Positions 7,342 to 14,542 of a stretch of 21,039 bases of DNA are shown here, in pieces. Position numbers and translations under genes: made by a program. The stretch spans positions 1 to 21,039 of the forward strand of contig JAZBOO010000265.1 of NCBI GenBank assembly GCA_036351155.1. Reading direction: 5' to 3'. This DNA comes from Candidatus Krumholzibacteriia bacterium. Its GTDB lineage: Bacteria > Krumholzibacteriota > Krumholzibacteriia > LZORAL124-64-63. Under the pieces are notes generated by a model that saw only the letters and a program-made list of their open reading frames with translations, was not told the DNA's origin and searched no databases. Position 1 is the stretch's first letter. Each line of letters starts with the position of its first letter.

Positions 7342-8874
7342 CTACTCGATCTCCACCTCCGGCTGCAGCGTGACCGACAGGCTGGTGGTCACCGAGTCGC
7401 CATCGGCCCAGGCCCGCGCCCGGATGACCCGGGCGGTTTCCTCGGCCACGGCCGGGATGGACCAGTTGAAGGTCCAGTTCTCGGTGCCATCAGCCAGCAG
7501 GAAGCCCTCCCCGTCCCCGGCATCGAATTTCACCGAATCGACCACAGCCGTGCCTGCCGCCGCGATGGACGTTCCCCGCACCAGGAGGCTCAATCCCGAA
7601 GGAATCGTGTCTCCTTCCGCGGGAGCGGAGATGGCCACTTCCAGAGGCTGAGTCAAGTATATCACATAATCGGTGAGAATGTCGGACTGGGCCCAGTCGT
7701 TGCGGAACTGGCAATAGAAATCCCGGCGCCCGGGTACGGCCCCCAGAAAAACCTTCACCTCTTCGGCGTAGGGGATCCAGGCCGCGCCCGCGAAGTTCAG
7801 GCTTTCGCTGATCCGCATCTCGGTGGCGGCGGCATCGGCCAGGACCGTGATCAGGGATTCGTCGGTCAGGTGATCGTCACCCACGTCGAAGGCAAATCCC
7901 ACCTGGTCCAGCAGGTCGGGGGTGACCTCCAGCGAGGTGATGACATTGAAGCCGAAATCGCCCGCGAACTCGCCCCAGATGGTCTGGGGATTGGCCGAGT
8001 CGGCCAGCTCGAACGGGGCCGTGGTGTCGGCGGGCGCCCAGGCCTGAAGGGCCAGGTTCTCCTCGCTGTCGGCAAAACGCATCTCCACCACGCCGGTGAC
8101 GGGGATCACGAGGTCCAGATTGCGGGTGGCCAGGGCATTGGGGTTGCCGGGCACCGAAAAATCGGGGGAGAAATCGACATTGAGGGTCAGCTTGGCCGTG
8201 TCGGAAAGGGCGCTGCCGGTCATGGCCAGCACGTGCACCCTGGGCGCCGCATCGTTGTCCTCGGCCGCCGGTAGAGTCCAGGGAATGGTCTGGGGCTGCC
8301 CTGGTTCGACGACGGCCACGCGCACTTCCTCGGCAAAGTCCGGGTCATGGGAAATGCGCAAGCTGTCCCCACTGCTCACGGTGACCGACAGGGTGATCTG
8401 GCGGGACGCCACGGCGGTGCCGCCGCCGGCGAGGGCCAGCAGGGGCGGGGTCACGCGGGACACGGGCACCTGCTCCGACACGCGGGTGAAGTTGCCCACG
8501 TTGTCGAAGGCCTGGATCCGGAAGTAGTGGGTGCGGGTGGGCTCCGCATTTTCATAGATGAAAGAACTGGGCCCGGTGCCGGTGTGGTCCACCGATCCGA
8601 TGGGCAGAAAATCACTGAAAAAGTTGAAGCTGTGGGACAGCTCGTAAAACGAAATGCCATAGCCATCGCGCTGGGTCCAGGAGAGCAGGATGGTGGATCC
8701 GCTCACGCTGGCGGTCAGTTCAAAGGGGTTCGCGCCGCCGTTGACATCGAGGTCGAAGACGTTCTGGAACTCGGGCTCGGCCGGGGTGCTTTCACAGCCG
8801 GTCAGGACAGCCAGCAGCCCGATCATACCCAGGCCCAGGACCGTGAACGTGACGATGATTCTGCGCGTTGCCAT
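7342..8874 (-). CDS. Lipoprotein with FN3-like and tandem Ig-like beta-sandwich domains (~510 aa)
   Basis: ATG 8874 preferred over TTG 8877 (SD AGGAG at 8884-8888). Lipobox LAVLTG-C. FN3-like segment (LTASVSGSTILLSW...HYFRIQAFDNVGN), three related modules (SLRISHDPDF, EMRFADSEENL, EMRISESLNF) and a C-terminal bacterial Ig-like domain (VAISAPAEGDTI...NWTFNW...IRARAW). Confidence 0.85.
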   Translation of the reverse strand: MATRRIIVTFTVLGLGMIGLLAVLTGCESTPAEPEFQNVFDLDVNGGANPFELTASVSGSTILLSWTQRDGYGISFYELSHSFNFFSDFLPIGSVDHTGTGPSSFIYENAEPTRTHYFRIQAFDNVGNFTRVSEQVPVSRVTPPLLALAGGGTAVASRQITLSVTVSSGDSLRISHDPDFAEEVRVAVVEPGQPQTIPWTLPAAEDNDAAPRVHVLAMTGSALSDTAKLTLNVDFSPDFSVPGNPNALATRNLDLVIPVTGVVEMRFADSEENLALQAWAPADTTAPFELADSANPQTIWGEFAGDFGFNVITSLEVTPDLLDQVGFAFDVGDDHLTDESLITVLADAAATEMRISESLNFAGAAWIPYAEEVKVFLGAVPGRRDFYCQFRNDWAQSDILTDYVIYLTQPLEVAISAPAEGDTIPSGLSLLVRGTSIAAAGTAVVDSVKFDAGDGEGFLLADGTENWTFNWSIPAVAEETARVIRARAWADGDSVTTSLSVTLQPEVEIE

Positions 8875-8898
8875 CAAATGTTACTCCTGTTTCACCGG

Positions 8899-9648
8899 TC
8901 AGAATCCCAGCTTGATACCCGCATGGATGGTGGTCAGATGGTCGCCCAGGTCGGTTCCTGAGTAATCCAGGTTCGCGTCCGGCCGGGCCGACACGCCGGG
9001 GCCGGGGCCCACCTCGACCGCCGGAAAGAGCAGCCAGGCGTCCAGCATGCTCAGGACGATGGCGCCGCCGGCCACCATGATCCCCGTGTCTCGCAGCTTC
9101 TCCATGTCCTCCATGTCCTGGTAGGTCTCGGAGGCTTTCTGTCGATAGTAGGCCAGGTCCTCGCTGTTCAGTCCCGTTTCATACTTCTCCAGCAGCACCA
9201 GGTAGTCCTTGCGGTGGTTGGACCGGCTGGCTTCGGCCACCAGGGCGGTCAGCAATCCCCCGGCCTCGGCAATGTTGAACAGCCAGCCCTTGGCCGGCTT
9301 GTCCAGGTAGTGCTGCCCCAGACCGGCCAGCAGAATATTACTGCCCACGGCGGTGGTCTTGCGGTAGCGGGTCATCCGCACGTGGAGCCTTTGCCAGTCG
9401 CTCTCATCGTCAAGGACCACGGTCCAGCTGAAATCCTTGTGCCCCGGGAGGCTGCATTCGACAAGGTAGCGGCCGGGCCCCAGGTCCAGGGGATGCTCCA
9501 GGGGGAAATACCCGCGCAAGCGTCCGTTGACCGCCACGCTGGCCCCGTCCGGGCCGGTCAGGTCCAGGACCGCGGCCTGGGTCGAAGGGCCTGCAAGGCA
9601 GCAAGCCAGCAACGTCAGAAGAAAAACCGTGCGAAGAGTATGGCTCAT
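8899..9648 (-). CDS. Exported/membrane protein with PEGA domain and DUF5683-like C-terminal region (249 aa)
   Basis: Start reassigned to ATG 9648 (GAGG upstream, signal peptide MSHTLRTVFLLTLLACCLAGPSTQA). PEGA-like PDGASVAVNG...PL...LGPGRY.V....PGH. DUF5683-like SNILLAGLGQHYLDKPAKG. Hydrophobic helices follow, and the protein ends IHAGIKLGF. Confidence 0.8.
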   Translation of the reverse strand: MSHTLRTVFLLTLLACCLAGPSTQAAVLDLTGPDGASVAVNGRLRGYFPLEHPLDLGPGRYLVECSLPGHKDFSWTVVLDDESDWQRLHVRMTRYRKTTAVGSNILLAGLGQHYLDKPAKGWLFNIAEAGGLLTALVAEASRSNHRKDYLVLLEKYETGLNSEDLAYYRQKASETYQDMEDMEKLRDTGIMVAGGAIVLSMLDAWLLFPAVEVGPGPGVSARPDANLDYSGTDLGDHLTTIHAGIKLGF

Positions 9649-9687
9649 GACCTCGGTCCTGTGGCCAGGGTGATTGATTCCGCGCAA

Positions 9688-9717
9688 ATTATAGAGGCGG
9701 GAGGCCCCAAATGACAA
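9688..9717 (-). promoter_or_regulatory. Sigma70-type promoter for the exported-protein cluster
   Basis: Minus strand TTGTCA (9717-9712), N18, TATAAT (9693-9688), about 40 nt upstream of ATG 9648. Confidence 0.7.
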
Positions 9718-9718
9718 A

Positions 9719-9740
9719 TCTATCTAGAGTTCTATCCAGA
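9719..9740. promoter_or_regulatory. Direct repeat next to the -35 box; candidate transcription-factor site
   Basis: TCTATCTAGA-GT-TCTATCCAGA, 9/10 identical, 12-bp period. Confidence 0.4.
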
Positions 9741-9753
9741 AATCCGTCCCTCG

Positions 9754-10188
9754 TCATCTCCGATGATACGGCTTGCCGCGCAAGATGCTCAGCCCGCGGT
9801 AGATCTGCTCGGCCAGCAGGACGCGGGCCATCTCGTGGGTCCAGGTCAGGCTGGAAAGGCGGACGGTGCGGTCGGCCAGCTGCCGGATTTCGGGCCCCAG
9901 CCCATCGGCACCCCCCACAACAAAGCTGATACTCCCGTGCCCTTCCAGAAGTTTCGCAAATCTCTCCGAATCAAGGTCTTCACCCCTCTCGTCCATGGCT
10001 ACGACCAGCCCGGTGCCCGAGGTGGCGGCCATCCGGGCGGCCAGCTCCCGGTCCTCTTTTTCGCTGGTCGAGTCCTTGATTTCGACCACCTCGACGGGCG
10101 AAAGGGGGCGGCAGCGCTTGATATATTCGCCCAGAAGGCCGGCCAGCCTCTTGTCCTTCATCTTTCCCACAGCAAAAATCCTGAGCAT
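9754..10188 (-). CDS. rlmH: 23S rRNA (pseudouridine1915-N3)-methyltransferase RlmH (SPOUT family)
   Basis: MLRIFAVGK start (ATG 10188; ATG 10200 is an alternative). Motifs MDERGEDLDS, FVVGGADGL, LSSLTWTHEMARVLLAEQIYRGLSILRGKPYHR. Confidence 0.95.
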   Translation of the reverse strand: MLRIFAVGKMKDKRLAGLLGEYIKRCRPLSPVEVVEIKDSTSEKEDRELAARMAATSGTGLVVAMDERGEDLDSERFAKLLEGHGSISFVVGGADGLGPEIRQLADRTVRLSSLTWTHEMARVLLAEQIYRGLSILRGKPYHRR

Positions 10189-10303
10189 TTTGGTCACCAT
10201 TCCCGGGGGTCTTGAAGAAATCCTCAGGTTCAACTTTTTCTACCCAAAGTAGCGATAAGTGCCTTGGAAATAAGGATCTGGGCACCGGCCGTTACCCGGT
10301 TAA

Positions 10304-10332
10304 ACTATACCTTGACACCATTGGTTTCGAAA
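10304..10332 (-). promoter_or_regulatory. Possible divergent promoter for rlmH overlapping the nuo promoter
   Basis: Minus-strand TATAGT at 10309-10304. The -35 region is poor (TTTCGA at 17-nt spacing or TTCGAA at 16-nt spacing). Confidence 0.3.
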
Positions 10333-10340
10333 TATGTAAT
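10312..10340 (+). promoter_or_regulatory. Sigma70-type promoter of the nuo operon
   Basis: TTGACA (10312-10317), N17, TGTAAT (10335-10340) in an AT-rich intergenic stretch. Confidence 0.78.
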
Positions 10341-10347
10341 TTGCGAC

Positions 10348-10375
10348 AATGGTTGTCGAATGATCGACAACCGTT
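10348..10375. promoter_or_regulatory. Palindrome just downstream of the -10 box: operator-like site or 5' hairpin
   Basis: GGTTGTCGA-ATGA-TCGACAACC is a perfect 9-bp inverted repeat (10351-10372), extendable by AAT/GTT with one wobble pair. Confidence 0.6.
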
Positions 10376-10521
10376 CGCTTACCCGAAGCCGCCTGCGGTG
10401 TTTTCGGGTCCGCAACCGGCCCCAGCCCGGCCTCGGTCCTTCGTTCAAGACCGCCCGGGCGACAACCCAACCGGGATTTTCCATGAATCTGATGCCCCTG
10501 CTCGGGACCGTCGCGCCACGT

Positions 10522-10968
10522 ATGACGCTGCACTTTGCGACGGTCTTCATTTTCGTGCTGGTCGGATTCGCCTTTGCCGGCATCGCCCTGGTGGTGGCCA
10601 AGTGGCTCCGGCCCAGCAACCCGAACCCCGCCAAGTTGACCATTTACGAGTGCGGCGAGCTGCCGCGCGGGTCATCCTGGATCCGGTTCAACGTCCGATT
10701 TTACCTCATTGCCCTGTTTTTCATCGTTTTCGATGTGGAAGTCATCTTCCTGTACCCCTGGGCCGTGGTTTTCAAGCAACTGTTCAACGTGCCCGGCCTC
10801 GGCGCCCTGGTATTCTGGGAAATGATCATCTTCCTCAGCATCCTGACCCTGGGCCTGGCCTACATCTGGGTCAAGGGCGATCTGGACTGGGTCAAGCGCC
10901 TGGTGGCCCGCAACGGTGACAACGGTGCTCTGGCCACCGCTCAGGAAGAAGAGGTGACCTCGCCATGA
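10522..10968 (+). CDS. nuoA: NADH-quinone oxidoreductase-like subunit A
   Basis: [47 protein letters not shown], three TM helices. The start is uncertain (ATG 10483, 10492 or 10522). Confidence 0.96.
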   Translation: MTLHFATVFIFVLVGFAFAGIALVVAKWLRPSNPNPAKLTIYECGELPRGSSWIRFNVRFYLIALFFIVFDVEVIFLYPWAVVFKQLFNVPGLGALVFWEMIIFLSILTLGLAYIWVKGDLDWVKRLVARNGDNGALATAQEEEVTSP

Positions 10969-11579
10969 GCAAGGAAAGTACAACTCCCCCTGAGGGTTAC
11001 GATGTTCAGCGCGAACAGATGCTGGACTTCAAGGTGGCCGACCAGCTGAAACAGGTGGTCGACACCGACGAGAAGAATTTCATCCTGACCACGGTGGACG
11101 AAGTGTTCAACTGGGCCAAGCTGAGCAGCATCTGGCCCGTGACCTTCGGTCTGGCCTGCTGCGCCATCGAGATGATGGCCACCTCGGCCACGCGCTACGA
11201 TATCGACCGTTTCGGCGCCGGCGCGTTCCGTGCCACGCCGCGTCAGGCCGACCTGATGATCGTCTCGGGCACCGTGACGGCCAAGATGGCCACCCGCCTG
11301 AAACTGATCTACGACCAGATGCCCGAACCCAAGTGGGTGGTGGCCATGGGCAGCTGCGCCATCGGCGGCGGCCCCTACTTCAAGTACGGCTACCACGTGG
11401 TCAAGGGTGTGGATTTCATGGTCCCGGTGGATGTGTACATCCCCGGGTGCCCACCCCGCCCCGAGGTGCTGATCGACGGGCTGATGAGGCTCCAGGACAA
11501 GATTCGTGGCCGCGAGGGCCGGTTCAAGGCCCCCAAGTGGGTCACCGACTACGCCAAGAAGATTCCCTACCGGAAGTAA
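10965..11579 (+). CDS. nuoB: NADH-quinone oxidoreductase-like subunit B (N2 cluster)
   Basis: [37 protein letters not shown] overlap with nuoA. Confidence 0.97.
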   Translation: MSKESTTPPEGYDVQREQMLDFKVADQLKQVVDTDEKNFILTTVDEVFNWAKLSSIWPVTFGLACCAIEMMATSATRYDIDRFGAGAFRATPRQADLMIVSGTVTAKMATRLKLIYDQMPEPKWVVAMGSCAIGGGPYFKYGYHVVKGVDFMVPVDVYIPGCPPRPEVLIDGLMRLQDKIRGREGRFKAPKWVTDYAKKIPYRK

Positions 11580-11615
11580 CCGGGAACCTTAGAAGATCAA
11601 GGGAAGCATAGGTTT

Positions 11616-12257
11616 ATGGAACAGAAAGCCATTTACGACCTCCTGGCCGAAACCCTGGGCGAAGCGGCCCTGGGGTTCAGCGACGAGGGTGTCGAGCCGG
11701 TGGCCGACGTGGACCCGGCGAAAATTGCCGAGGCGTGCACTTTCCTGCGCGACGACGAGCGGCTGCAGTTCACCCAGCTGATGTGCCTGTCGGCGATCGA
11801 CTGGGACGGCCTGGATGAAACGGGCAAGGGCAAGTCGGTGGCCATCCTGGGTTACACCGACGAGGGCCAGCCCGAAACCAGCGACCGGGTGGGCGAGGGC
11901 GACTTCGGCGTGGTTTACCACTTCTACAGCCACCCCCTGAAGCACAAGTTCACCCTGCGGGTGCGGGTGTCCCGGGATGTGGCCGCCGTGCCCACCATCT
12001 CGAAGATCTACTCCACCGCCGCCTGGCACGAGCGCGAAGCCTGGGACCTGATGGGCATCCGCTTCCCCGGCCACCACGACCTGCGGCGCATGCTGATGGA
12101 CGACGACTGGGTGGGACACCCCCTGCGCAAGGACTACCAGATGCCCGACCAGTGGCTGACCGTGCCCATGGCCGGCAAGAACCTCATCGCCAACCCCTTC
12201 AAGACGGACGAACCGGCGGGCAGCGCCGATTCCCCCGAACCCGGGGAGGGGGAATAA
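11616..12257 (+). CDS. nuoC: NADH-quinone oxidoreductase-like subunit C
   Basis: VVYHFYS, AAWHEREAWDLMGIRFPGHHDLRRMLMDDDWVGHPLRKDY. Confidence 0.96.
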   Translation: MEQKAIYDLLAETLGEAALGFSDEGVEPVADVDPAKIAEACTFLRDDERLQFTQLMCLSAIDWDGLDETGKGKSVAILGYTDEGQPETSDRVGEGDFGVVYHFYSHPLKHKFTLRVRVSRDVAAVPTISKIYSTAAWHEREAWDLMGIRFPGHHDLRRMLMDDDWVGHPLRKDYQMPDQWLTVPMAGKNLIANPFKTDEPAGSADSPEPGEGE

Positions 12258-13438
12258 TGGACTACGAACTGAAGAATATCGGCACCCATGGCTGGGCCAG
12301 TCAGGATCATGCCGGGGAGATCAAGAGCGAGCTCATGGAGCTGAACATGGGCCCCCAGCATCCGGCCACCCACGGCGTGCTGCGGTTGCTGCTGGAGACC
12401 GATGGCGAGATCGTGCACAAGGTGACCCCGGTGCTGGGCTACCTGCACCGTTGCGCCGAGAAGATTGCCGAGGGCGTGAATTACAAGCAGTGGGTGGTCT
12501 ACACCGACCGCTTCGACTACCTGGCGCCCATGTGCTGCAACCACGCCTACGTGACCGCGGTCGAGAAGCTGATGGATGTGGAGGTGCCCGAGCGCGCCGA
12601 GCATCTGCGCGTGGTCACCGCCGAGCTGTCCCGGATCGCCAGCCACCTGATTGCCCTGGCCACCTTCGGCCTGGACATGGGAGCCTGGACCCCGCTGCTG
12701 TACTGCTTCCGTGAGCGTGAGGAGATCCTGAACCTGCTCGAGCGCATCAGCGGCGGCCGCATGCTCTACAACTACATGGTGCCCGGCGGTGTGCGCTACG
12801 ACGTGCCGCGCGACAACTGGGAGCACGATGTTCTCGAGTTCATCACCATGCTCGAGACCAAGAAGCTGAAGGACTACAACCAGCTGCTCAGCTACAACAA
12901 GATCTTCATCGAGCGGCTGAGCGACGTGGGCGTGCTGTCGGTCCAGGACGCTTACGACTACGGCTGCACGGGGCCGGTGCTGCGCGGTTCGGGCGTGAAG
13001 TTCGACTGCCGCAAGGACGATCCCTACTCGGTGTACCACAAGTTCGACTTCGACATTCCCGTGGGCACCGGCGAGGTGGGCACCGTGGGCGATTGCTGGG
13101 ACCGCTACATGGTCCGCGTGCGCGAGATCGAGCAGAGCTGCCGCATCATCCGGCAGGCGCTCGAGACCATGCCCGAAGGGCCCTACCTGGCCATCGAATT
13201 GAAGAAACCCGTCAAGGTTCCCGCCGGCGCGGCCTACACCCGCACCGAAAGCTCCAAGGGTGAGCTGGGTCACTACATCATCAGTGACGGCGGCCAGACG
13301 GCATTCCGGAACAAGGTGCGTTCCCCCTCTTTCTGCAACTTGCAGGTCATCGAGAAGGTTGGCGTGGGTCAGATGGTATCGGACCTCGTCGCCTTCGTGG
13401 GATCGCTGGACATCGTACTCGGGGAGATTGACCGCTAA
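12257..13438 (+). CDS. nuoD: NADH-quinone oxidoreductase-like subunit D (393 aa)
   Basis: Start reassigned to ATG 12257 (TAATG overlap with nuoC, GGAGG upstream). Motifs LNMGPQHPATHGVLRL, GYLHR, DRFDYL, ESSKGELG, SLDIVLGEIDR. Confidence 0.97.
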   Translation: MDYELKNIGTHGWASQDHAGEIKSELMELNMGPQHPATHGVLRLLLETDGEIVHKVTPVLGYLHRCAEKIAEGVNYKQWVVYTDRFDYLAPMCCNHAYVTAVEKLMDVEVPERAEHLRVVTAELSRIASHLIALATFGLDMGAWTPLLYCFREREEILNLLERISGGRMLYNYMVPGGVRYDVPRDNWEHDVLEFITMLETKKLKDYNQLLSYNKIFIERLSDVGVLSVQDAYDYGCTGPVLRGSGVKFDCRKDDPYSVYHKFDFDIPVGTGEVGTVGDCWDRYMVRVREIEQSCRIIRQALETMPEGPYLAIELKKPVKVPAGAAYTRTESSKGELGHYIISDGGQTAFRNKVRSPSFCNLQVIEKVGVGQMVSDLVAFVGSLDIVLGEIDR

Positions 13439-14502
13439 TGGAAATCCTTTCCGATCTGATCAGAAGCATGGTGGGCGAGGGCATGTCCGACCAGGGCGTG
13501 TTCATCAGCGCGGCTGTCACCATGGCGACCATCATGTTCATCGTCATGGCCATGTGCGCCATCATCTTCACCTGGATGGAACGCAAGGTGGCCGGCTTCA
13601 TTCAGAGTCGCTATGGCCCCATGCGCACCGGCCGCTGGCACGGCTGGGCCCAGGCCATCGCCGACATGCTGAAGATCCTGGGCAAGGAAGACATCATTCC
13701 CGCCGAGGCCAACAAGGCGCTGTTCATGTTCGGCCCCATCCTGGTGTTGCTGGGTTCGCTGCTGGCCTGGGCGGCCATTCCCTGGGACCGCAACTTCGTG
13801 GCGGCCGACCTGGACCTGGGCCTGTTCTACATCTTCGCCGTCAGCAGCATGGTGATCATCGGCATCCTCATGTCGGGCTGGGCCTCGAACAACAAGTGGG
13901 CCCTGTACGGTGCCGCCCGCGGCGCCGCCCAGATGGTCAGCTACGAGATTCCCCTGGCGCTGGCCACCATCCCCGTGGTCATGGCCACCGGCTCGCTGAA
14001 CACGCAGGACATCGTCATCGCCCAGGGCGGGGGCATGTGGAACTGGTACATCAACCCGGTCAACAACCCCTTCCTTTTCGTGGCGTTCTTCATGTACTTC
14101 ATCGCCTCGATTGCCGAGACAAACCGCGGGCCCTTCGACATGCCGGAAACCGAATCGGAACTCGTGGCCGGTTACCACACCGAGTACACGGGCATGCGCT
14201 TCGCGTTCTTCTTCCTGTCGGAGTACGCCAACCTGTTCCTGGTGTCGTTGATTGCCGCCATGGTGTTCCTGGGCGGCTGGCAGGCCCCGTTCCCCTTCCT
14301 GGAATTCATTCCGGGCTGGGTGCACTTCATCATCAAGGGCGTCATGCTGGTCTTCCTGAACATGTGGGTGCGCTGGACGCTGCCCCGCGTGCGTGTCGAT
14401 CAGCTGATGCACCTGTGCTGGAAAGTGATGATCCCCATCTCGCTGCTGTGCGTGGTGGGCGCTGGTATCTGGATGATGGTGACCGGCCAGGCGGCTGCCT
14501 GA
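13438..14502 (+). CDS. nuoH: NADH-quinone oxidoreductase-like subunit H
   Basis: ERKVAGFIQSRYGP, GWASNNKWALYGAARGAAQMVSYEIP, AETNRGPFDMPETESELVAGYHTEY, RWTLPRVRVDQLM. TAATG overlap with nuoD. Confidence 0.97.
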   Translation: MEILSDLIRSMVGEGMSDQGVFISAAVTMATIMFIVMAMCAIIFTWMERKVAGFIQSRYGPMRTGRWHGWAQAIADMLKILGKEDIIPAEANKALFMFGPILVLLGSLLAWAAIPWDRNFVAADLDLGLFYIFAVSSMVIIGILMSGWASNNKWALYGAARGAAQMVSYEIPLALATIPVVMATGSLNTQDIVIAQGGGMWNWYINPVNNPFLFVAFFMYFIASIAETNRGPFDMPETESELVAGYHTEYTGMRFAFFFLSEYANLFLVSLIAAMVFLGGWQAPFPFLEFIPGWVHFIIKGVMLVFLNMWVRWTLPRVRVDQLMHLCWKVMIPISLLCVVGAGIWMMVTGQAAA

Positions 14503-14542
14503 CCGTTGACTTGAGATAGGGCGGAAGCCCGAGGAGAACCCG

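Noticed and set aside
2583..8961. Long plus-strand ORFs (e.g. 4164..5345, 7084..8274) opposite the exported-protein cluster
   Set aside because: Expected stop-poor antisense frames in high-GC coding DNA. They fully overlap better-supported genes.
10212..10240. TTGAA…TTCAA inverted repeat followed by a T-run, as an intrinsic terminator
   Set aside because: The stem is weak and interrupted, and no plus-strand gene ends upstream of it.
10381..10470. tRNA or known riboswitch in the nuoA leader (contains GTTCAA)
   Set aside because: No cloverleaf, acceptor stem or recognisable aptamer consensus. Kept only as a generic structured leader.
10264..10482. N-terminal extensions in the ORF track for nuoA (also nuoD from 12152, rlmH from 10233, the PEGA gene from 9717, and starts at 5866 and 2374)
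   Set aside because: The extensions run through promoters or upstream genes. Downstream starts fit the SD sites, stop/start overlaps, signal peptides or family N-termini better.
12257..13438. NuoD as a group 4 [NiFe]-hydrogenase large subunit
   Set aside because: It lacks both the N-terminal RxCxxC and the C-terminal DPCxxC motifs (it has DRFDYLA and DIVLGEIDR). NuoB has the complex I tandem CC motif.
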